A stretch of DNA of 64,000 nt from Blepharisma stoltei ATCC 30299 (taxonomy: Eukaryota; Protista; Ciliophora), in contig CBFDEM010000004.1 of NCBI GenBank assembly GCA_965603825.1, forward strand, positions 620,001 through 684,000, in the 5' to 3' direction. The position numbers and the translations under genes were made by a program. The notes beneath the pieces were generated by a model. It saw only the letters and a program-made list of their open reading frames with translations, made no database searches and was not told the DNA's origin. This document shows positions 56,287 to 64,000 of the stretch, piece after piece. The first letter of the stretch is position 1; every line of letters starts with the position of its first letter.

Positions 56287-59220
56287 ATGGAGGAATCAAT
56301 TATCATTGAAGCCTTCAGAGTTAGTTTACAGCCAGACAATGAAGCCAGAAAGCAAGCTCAAACCTTACTAGCCTCTTTTCAAACATCCCCAGGCCTCATC
56401 CCTACACTAATGAAGATTGCATTGAGCGAGCACCCCATCGAGATAAAACAGCTGGCTGTAATCTTTCTCAAAAACCTTACAAAAATATGGAAAGACTCAA
56501 AAAGAGAATTTGCGTTGCCCCCAAATGATAAAATCTTTTTACGAACAAATATTATTGAGTGCTTGAGGTTTTCTATACCTGAAAAGATCAGATCTCAGTT
56601 TGAGGAAATTGCTCATAACATAGCCAAGGTGGATTTCCCATGGGAAGAAATTCTTGTTCAGGTTGATGCAGCATTGAACTCTGATGTTGACCACATTTAT
56701 GCTGCCCTTACTATGATATATCAGATTGCTAAAGTATATGAGTTTGCAATGGACGAAAAAAGAAAAAACTTGAAGCTGCTTATTGACAGGTGTTTTGGAA
56801 AACTTGACCAGCTACTAGGAACCTTCTTGGGTGAAGGTAATGCAGATGCCTTTAGATACATGGCATTAGTCCTTCAAATATTCTGGGTTAGCTTCTATAT
56901 TGAGCTTCCACAAAGCCAGACATCAACTCAGCAATTGGACTCTTGGCTTACAAAATTCAAAACAATTCTACTCATTGATTTAGGGAACTTGGAAACACCA
57001 ATTACAAATGATGATGAAAAGAAGCTGAGGGATTCGAACCCTCATTGGGCGTGCAAAAAATGGGCTGCCCAAATAGTGCATCGATTTTTCAACAGATATT
57101 TCAATTTAGCGTATCTAAAAGACCATAACCAAATAATCGGCCAACATTTCCAAAGCCAATGGGCACTTCCATTATTCGCAGTTGTGTTGCCGTTACTTTA
57201 TAAGAGAGCATCATGCTACATTCCAGATATAGTCACAAATTACTTATTAAAATATGTATCTCAGGGGATAAAATTCGAAAATGTTGCCGAGCAGATGAAA
57301 ACAGCAGCAGCTCCTAATGGAAAATTAGCAATTCCAGCGTTGATCACTGACATAATTATTCCGATTATTTATAGAAACCCTTCTGATGAAGAGCTATGGC
57401 AAGAAAATCCTATAGAGTTTGTAAGAAAAGAAAGTGATTTAGGAAGAGCTTATTATTCTGCCAAAAGCTCTGCTATTGATTTATTAATAGTGATTTGTGA
57501 AAAAGGGTACTTGCCTACCTTTTTAGATTATGTTAGCACAGAGCTGCAGTCAAGTCCTCAACTTTTACATAAAGAAGCCATTTTACTTGCCCTTGGGTCA
57601 ATTTATCAAATTTTAAAGGAAAATGTGGAACTAGCACAAAACATTCAAAATATTCTTAGTGTGTATGTGCTCCCAGAATTCGAAAACCCTGTTGGGTTTT
57701 TAAGAGCCCGTGCATGTTGGATGTATGCCCAGTTCGCTTCATTTCCTTTTACAAACGCAGAGCACCAAGGCTTAGCTTTACAAAAAATATGCCAAATGAT
57801 GCTCGACCCTGATCTTCCAGTCAGAACAGAAGCTGCAACTGCATTGCCTAGGCTCCTATTATGGAATATTTCCAAAGACAAAGTATCAAGTGAAATCAAA
57901 GAAATCCTCCAAGTCTACCTAAAGCTGATGAGTGAAATTGATAGCGAAGACGTTGTGGACGCTTTAGAAGAAATTGTAGGACGATTTTCTACTGAAATCA
58001 TTCCTTATGCGCTTGAATTTACACAGCATTTGATCGCAACTTTCTTTAGAATGTCAAGCAATGAAGGAGCACAAGACGAAGGTGAAAGTGCAATGGCGGC
58101 TGTATCCATTTTAAACACAATTGCAAAGCTTGTAGACTCTTTTGAAGAAAGACCACAGGATTTGTTAAATATGTCCTATTTGCTGGTGCCTGTTTTTGAT
58201 TATTGTCTAAATGAGAAAGGTTGCGAATTTTTTGAAGAAGCTGTCCATTTATTGACAAGCTTGCTTTATTATGCACCAAAGGACTTTTTGCCACATCTAT
58301 TTCCGTTTACTAGATGCTTAAGGGCTTCTTTATTAGGGGAAGGAAATGTGAAAGCATATGCATTAGAGCATACACTTGAAGTATTTTCTCCTATAGCCAA
58401 TTTCATTGCAAAATATTTACAACTTACAACTGAAAACCTTGGGATAATTCTTTCAATGGGCCTTGATCTATTAAAAGGTGAAGCTCCAGAAGACCCTGAC
58501 TTAATAACAGGCTGTAAAATCCTTATTGCGCTTTTAGAGAATCTTAAAGGTCCATTAGATCAATTCATTCCAGAAATAGTTAAGCAAGTTTCTACTTTAT
58601 TTAAGCTTAAAGTAAAAAAAAAGGTCAAAGTCCATGCTGCTGAAGTAATTTGTATTTCTTTGTGAAATAACCCAATAGTCACTTTACAAGCCCTGCAAGA
58701 GCTCGGTGTGCTGACTGAGGTCTTTAGAGGCTGCTTTGAAAATCCTGAGCAGTATAACGACTATTTGCCTAGAAATTATGCAATCTTAGGACTATCATCG
58801 CTAGTCTCTATCTGCGAAAATCTGCCTCCAGTTTTATCTGAAGGAATGCCATTTGCCTTGAAAACACTTTTGAAATTATGGAATGATTTAGATGAAGGCG
58901 ATGAAGAAGAAGGAGGAGAAGGAGGAGAAAATGGCCCAGCCGTCATGATTGAGAGCACTAAATTCGATGCTGAGTACCAAAAGTTATTGGAAAAATTAAA
59001 AAATGCAAAAGACATGGAAGAAGAAGATGATGATGAAGATGATCCATTTGACGGGACACCTGAAGATCTCTATGATTCACCATTTGAAAACTTTGGGTTA
59101 AAAGAATATCTCAAAAATATTTTAGTGAATTTCTCTCAAAGATGCCCAGATATTCACTCAAAAGCATATGCAGGATTAACAGAAGAAGAGATATCAGCAT
59201 TAAACGAAATTAATAGCTAA
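56287..59220 (+). CDS. Importin-7/8 (importin-beta family), 977 aa
   Basis: IBN_N (QLAVIFLKN), WACKKWA, DEELWQENPIEFVRK, FLRARACW, acidic tail; joined via TGA58663. Confidence 0.93.
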
Positions 59221-59285
59221 TCCATCATTATTAAAATATAATTTTTCGCTAGGATTCTTATGAGTTCTTGAGTATTGATACTTAT

Positions 59286-59963
59286 TTAAATCATAATATT
59301 TTTATCATAAGAATAATACGCAATGAGAAATTTTGATATTCTTGTTAAGCAGGGACAAGGCAAAATTCCTCTTGCTCATGCATATACTCCAATTTGAAGC
59401 AAACAAAATATGATTCCTACAGAATTAGGTATAATAATAAAGCGATTATTGATAAAATATCCATACAGTAGCCAAACTGCCCCACAAAAAAGGCATGAAA
59501 CCATAATATTGATATCAATATACTTGTGATCCATTTCCAGTAAGGCATAAGGAACTTGCTGAAGCGGTGCAAATATTCCACCAAAACTGATAATAACAGC
59601 GGCCAATCCTAAATTATTCGCAGTCAAACAATTCAAAAAAATGATAGATGAAGAAAATATGGACAAAAGATACCAGAACATAAAAATAATTGAATTTTTA
59701 CTGATGATGTGATATCATGCTATTCACGCAAGACTGGTAAAAAATGTTAATTGAGCTGGGATGTAAATCAACCAAATCTTGCTTTTTAGTCCATAAAGCG
59801 ATCAGATCAAAGGAATCAAATTAGAGAGAATAAGATATAAATGAGAAATTTCTTCTAAATTTTTGCTTTTGGAAGCTTTTAATAGAGATGGAAGTGGTGA
59901 TAGGTTAACTCCAATAGAAAGCAAAGTTCCGAGTCCACTGAGAACAATAGGCACAAATTCCAT
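59286..59963 (-). CDS. SWEET (MtN3/saliva) sugar transporter, 225 aa
   Basis: LSPLPSL, LI[W]SLYG, FAPL, WLLYG...IIIPNSVG...Q; four TGA=Trp. Confidence 0.88.
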
Positions 59964-60328
59964 TTTTCTTTTGATTTAGTTTTAAGATCATTTCTGGATA
60001 TTATCTAAATCGAATTGAAAATATTATTATTTAATGGTAAAGAAGATTAACCGTATTTTCATTTCAGAGGTAATAAATTTTTTACTTCAGATCATTTTAA
60101 TTTACTTTTAAAAATAGCAAACTCTTACAACATTGTGCTAAAAGATTATAGAAAACTATTGTGTTAAATTTAATAAAATTTTGTATGTTTGGCTATAAAA
60201 TTACTGTTTAAATTTCAACCTCATCATCAGATTATAAGTGGATTAAAATTTTTTGCTTTGACCAAATTTGAGTAAAATGTCCTTACTGGGATTTGATGGT
60301 TATTGCCACATAACCATATAATCAAGTT

Positions 60329-60910
60329 ATGAGATCATTGATAATCGCATGCCTGATTATTGCAGTTCTTGGAAGGATTCATGACGCTGAAATTACCAAT
60401 AAAGTATTTTTTGACATTACAATCGATGATAAGTACGAAGGGAGAATAATTTTTGGATTATATGGAAAAGTTGTCCCAAAGACAGTCGAGAACTTCAGAG
60501 CCCTCTGCACAGGTGAAAACGGAGTGAATGGAGAAGGAATTCCGCTACATTACAAAGGTTCAACTTTCCATATGATCGTCCCAGGTCTGATGATCCAAGG
60601 AGGAGACTTTACTAGAGGAGACGGCAGTGGAGGAGAAAGTATCTATGCTAGAAGATTTGACGATGAAAACTTTGCCTTGTCACACAAAGCCGCTGGAATT
60701 TTATCCATGGGCAACTTAGGACCCAATTGCAATAGCTCGCTTTTTATTGTTACAACAAAGCCTGCTCCTTTGCTGGATGGCCGAAATGTTGTTTTTGGGG
60801 AGGTAATAGAAGGATATGACGTAGTGAAAAAGATAGAATCGAAAGGATCTTTAGATGGAACGCAATCAGCTAAGGTAGTCATAAGCGACTCTGGGGAGCT
60901 CCCACTCTAA
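60329..60910 (+). CDS. Secretory-pathway cyclophilin with degenerate active site
   Basis: Signal peptide, VPKTVENFRALCTGE, QGGDFTRGDGSGGESIY, VVFG.V. Confidence 0.92.
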   Translation: MRSLIIACLIIAVLGRIHDAEITNKVFFDITIDDKYEGRIIFGLYGKVVPKTVENFRALCTGENGVNGEGIPLHYKGSTFHMIVPGLMIQGGDFTRGDGSGGESIYARRFDDENFALSHKAAGILSMGNLGPNCNSSLFIVTTKPAPLLDGRNVVFGEVIEGYDVVKKIESKGSLDGTQSAKVVISDSGELPL

Positions 60911-61020
60911 TAATAATAGGATATGACTTAGAGAATTTTGTTGGAAAAGAAATTACCTAATTATTATGAATTTCGATGCTAATTTATATTAATGCAACTA
61001 TATATAATTAAAAGTTTAGA

Positions 61021-61443
61021 TTATTTTTGAGTTTTAACTAAAAGTTGCTGATTAGATTGAAATGTTTCAGAATTAGTAAAAGTCCCCATACTGCTTTCAG
61101 TCATATTCCTAAAAACTTTTTTATTTTGGTTACTTAATTTTCCGGGCGCTAACTCGATTTTCCTAAATTCAGTTTTTTGAAATTTATTTTTAGGAGCAAA
61201 TAACTTTTTTTCGAATGTTGCAGGGTTGTAAGTTCGGCCTTTGTCTGAGAGCTGAAATTGTGCATCACGATAATCATAACTATCTTTTGAAAAATCCCTG
61301 CATGTCATTGTTGATAGATGAAGCCATCTTCCTGGAGATCTTTTTCTCCTGAGTCTCCTTTCATATCCTGTCGGTTCTTTTGGTAATTCATCAGGCTTAT
61401 CAGTATAAAACGTAGTACAAAAAGCAACTTTTCGATTTGCCAT
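61021..61443 (-). CDS. Uncharacterised basic protein
   Basis: 140-aa ORF, TAAATG start, TAA stop. Confidence 0.65.
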   Translation of the reverse strand: MANRKVAFCTTFYTDKPDELPKEPTGYERRLRRKRSPGRWLHLSTMTCRDFSKDSYDYRDAQFQLSDKGRTYNPATFEKKLFAPKNKFQKTEFRKIELAPGKLSNQNKKVFRNMTESSMGTFTNSETFQSNQQLLVKTQK

Positions 61444-61527
61444 TTAATTTTATCTATTCTTATGCAAGTCTCAATCATAAACGAATTTTGTATTTTCTTA
61501 AATAATTTAATTAATAATTTACAGCGA

Positions 61528-62232
61528 TTATTGATTTTCAGTCAGCTGAAGTAGCATTTGTCGATAATCTCTTTCTCTAATCCTCAAGTCTTCAGTCTTA
61601 ACAAAATCATTTGACCCTATCAAATTAATTAATTCATCTGGAAAATTTTCAGGCAATTCTTCAGACCTAAAACAATGCAAGTCTAATCTTGATAATAAAT
61701 GAGTATCATTGGCTATAGTAAATCCAATTGGAGAAGTAAGTCTTACAGAGTCTTCTTGAATGTCTATATTTGCATCTCCGCCTCCAACAATTAAACATGG
61801 AAGCTCAACAAGTTTTTTCTTTCGTTGTTCCTTATTTCTTTGCATTAACTTGTGTATGGCGATATATTGGAAAATATTTTCTGCTAAAGCTTTTTTCTTT
61901 TGCATATTTCTTTTCCTATTTTGTTCCACTGATAATTTCATTCGTTCCAATTGTTCATTATTAATAATACCTTTATACCTAATTTCATTTCTTATTTTCG
62001 AAATAACATCAATGGCTTGCAACACATTTAAAGCATCATACACTCTGCGCTGGATATTTTTGAACTCAGCCTCATATGTGCTTTCTGGGAAATCCTTTAA
62101 AATAGCTTTTGCAATTTGATTGCCTGTTGTCACTTCTGAATTTTTTACTTTTTCAAGAACCTGCTTACTGAGGTTAATAAGCTTCTTATTCTTATCAGGA
62201 ACAGGAAGATCTAAAGGCGGGCAGCTAGCCAT
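61528..62232 (-). CDS. DP/E2F-family transcription factor (DP-like)
   Basis: LSKQVLEKVK...TTGNQIA; KNIQRRVYDALNVL; LMQRN. Confidence 0.88.
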   Translation of the reverse strand: MASCPPLDLPVPDKNKKLINLSKQVLEKVKNSEVTTGNQIAKAILKDFPESTYEAEFKNIQRRVYDALNVLQAIDVISKIRNEIRYKGIINNEQLERMKLSVEQNRKRNMQKKKALAENIFQYIAIHKLMQRNKEQRKKKLVELPCLIVGGGDANIDIQEDSVRLTSPIGFTIANDTHLLSRLDLHCFRSEELPENFPDELINLIGSNDFVKTEDLRIRERDYRQMLLQLTENQ

Positions 62233-62282
62233 TTTTATAACCCGCCGAGACCAGATCTATAATACGCTATTAATCTTTTTTA

Positions 62283-63164
62283 TTACTTATCTGTTTTAAT
62301 TTCTACTTCGCTTGTGAATTCGTCATTTCCTTCGAGAAGTTCATATTCGTGATCGCTCTGAGATAAAGGAGAAACTGGGCGATTTATCGTTTGGATACCC
62401 AAGAAAGGTTCATTTCCTATCGGGAGTTCTTGAACTGACTGATAAGAAATAAAAGTAGAGAAGGATTTCAGGTATCTGAACACACTAGAGTTTTCGAGCT
62501 CTTCAACCTTTGCATCTGATAGCTCCATGCAGCTCAAATGTTTCCTTATATCTAAATAATGATTACATAAATACCCTAAAATAAGCCCTGCAATCAGCCT
62601 GAGCAAGACTGGGAAAAGCAAAGATAATACAACAAAGATAATCCAAGGAATAATAAAGTTTTTTATTTCCCACGATAAGTGTGGAATCTTGTGTATATAA
62701 TAAGGATTTTTATTGAATGTAATTGTAATTTCCATCATTAAAACAGACCATAAACTAGGGTATAAAATATAAAAGAATCCTGAATTAATTCATATTGGGG
62801 CCAATGAAAATGTAAGTACGAGTATCAAATACATAAACTGTAGTAATGTGGAATTTATAATAAAGAAAATTGAATATCTGACAGTTCCTATTCTTCTTTC
62901 AGTTATTGATGCAATGATTCAATAGATAGCCAATTCAAATATAAAATACGCTCATAGAAATGGAGTGAGGTAATATTGCCATATCTGAAAATAGCTAATC
63001 AATGCTGTTGCTTGAATATTGCTAGAAAGAATGATTGCTCTTATTAGAGTTAGAATATATAAAAGTGTAGAAATGATCAGTACGAATTTTGTAAACACTG
63101 GAGTCTTGAGAATAAAATTCTTTATATCAGCTATCAGATTTCCTGAATGTTCTCCCGTATTCAT
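62283..63164 (-). CDS. Rhomboid-superfamily pseudoprotease (Derlin/RHBDD-like)
   Basis: TPVFTK, FQIWQYYLTPF, ERRIGTVRY, IPWIIF, LIAGLILGY; three TGA=Trp; no GxSG catalytic motif. Confidence 0.7.
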
Positions 63165-64000
63165 TATAAACATGGCAAATAATTTACAAGACAAACTTCT
63201 TGTGACTTTTTCAAAGTTTAAATATTTTATTAAATAGAGAATACTTAAACACTTGCAGGCGCAAATCTTTCAAAATCTAATATGAGCTGTAGAAAATTTT
63301 CGAAACAGTTGGACTAATTAGTTAAAATATTTACTATTACGAAGAGAATTTTAGAAAATTAAATTCAGCGATAAAGATCTAATTCAAAAAAAATAATAAT
63401 CGCTTTGGGTAAAATTATTTAAAAGCTTAAATGAAATTTTTAAGTAAAGTAGAAAAATAAAGGATTAACTAGAGTATATGACTTAGCCTGAAAATTTCTT
63501 AACTGACTACCATTGCTGATATTTTTTTTTAGTTTTCTTATCCTGTAATTTGTAGACTTAGAATAAGTGAAATCTTAACTGATTGTCTAAAACAATTATT
63601 ATAATGCTAATGGATTATAGTTGACATAGTTTTCATCTTTATTTAATTATTTTATTTTGTTTTATCTAAAATAATTTTAGATAGAATAATAATGGAGATG
63701 CAATAAAGTATAAAATTTTGAGACTGATTTTCAATGGTGCTAATAGCATATCATATCGAGAACAAATTAAACAGAAATTGAATTTTCCTTTTTTTCCTAA
63801 GGAAAATGCTAAATAATTTGTTTGAATTATTATAATCTTTCTCCAACATTCAAAAAAAAACTCTTACATTATAATCATATATTCTTCAAGCAATCATATA
63901 ATTAAGCTTTCATTCTTCTATAACTCATCAAATCCTTAAAAATAATTTCACACAATCATAAAAACGACTACATCCACTTCAGTAATAATTTTATTATGGA

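Noticed and set aside
718-63164. TGA-interrupted ORFs as pseudogenes or selenoproteins
   Set aside because: TGA sits at conserved Trp (not Cys) positions in many essential genes and the frames are otherwise intact.
63640-63985. Minus-strand frame open under UGA=Trp near the window end
   Set aside because: No start codon at the beginning of the frame, extreme AT content and no motif.
1-64000. Mycoplasma-like or mitochondrial origin (also UGA=Trp)
   Set aside because: Gene content is nuclear-eukaryotic (kinesin, IFT20, cyclin, importin) and spliceosomal introns are present.
1-64000. Telomeric repeats, transposases, CRISPR arrays, IES/MITE elements
   Set aside because: No telomere-like repeats, transposase ORFs, spaced repeats or convincing terminal inverted repeats were seen. 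IESs cannot be called without germline reads.

Overview
AT-rich, very gene-dense eukaryotic DNA that reads as a ciliate macronuclear chromosome segment, most consistent with the heterotrich Blepharisma. Three features support this. (i) In-frame TGA falls repeatedly on universally conserved Trp positions: cyclin MRAVLFD[W], kinase GMIL[W]EL, CK1 RVH[W]YG, K+ channel LY[W]ALTTLTTIGYGD, BRCT SIE[W]IKES, WD40 IRI[W]. (ii) Every complete gene ends in TAA or TAG. (iii) The few introns are 15-16 nt. The supplied standard-code ORF track therefore fragments or misses many genes. Re-reading with UGA=Trp gives about 51 protein genes plus one tRNA-Gly(GCC). Highlights are a 449-aa Trp-rich repeat protein largely invisible in the ORF track that resembles plant starch-organising ESV1/LESV, a compact RING1-IBR + MYCBP2-type RING-Cys-relay hybrid E3, a 7TM (TOM1/GPR137-like)-pseudokinase fusion, and a BTB + EPTL-repeat + tandem-BRCT MDC1-like scaffold. 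Also notable are a TBC gene whose frame is best restored by a non-canonical 16-nt GT-GG intron and strongly gene-dependent UGA versus UGG usage. All family calls are from motif recognition by eye; no database searches were run.
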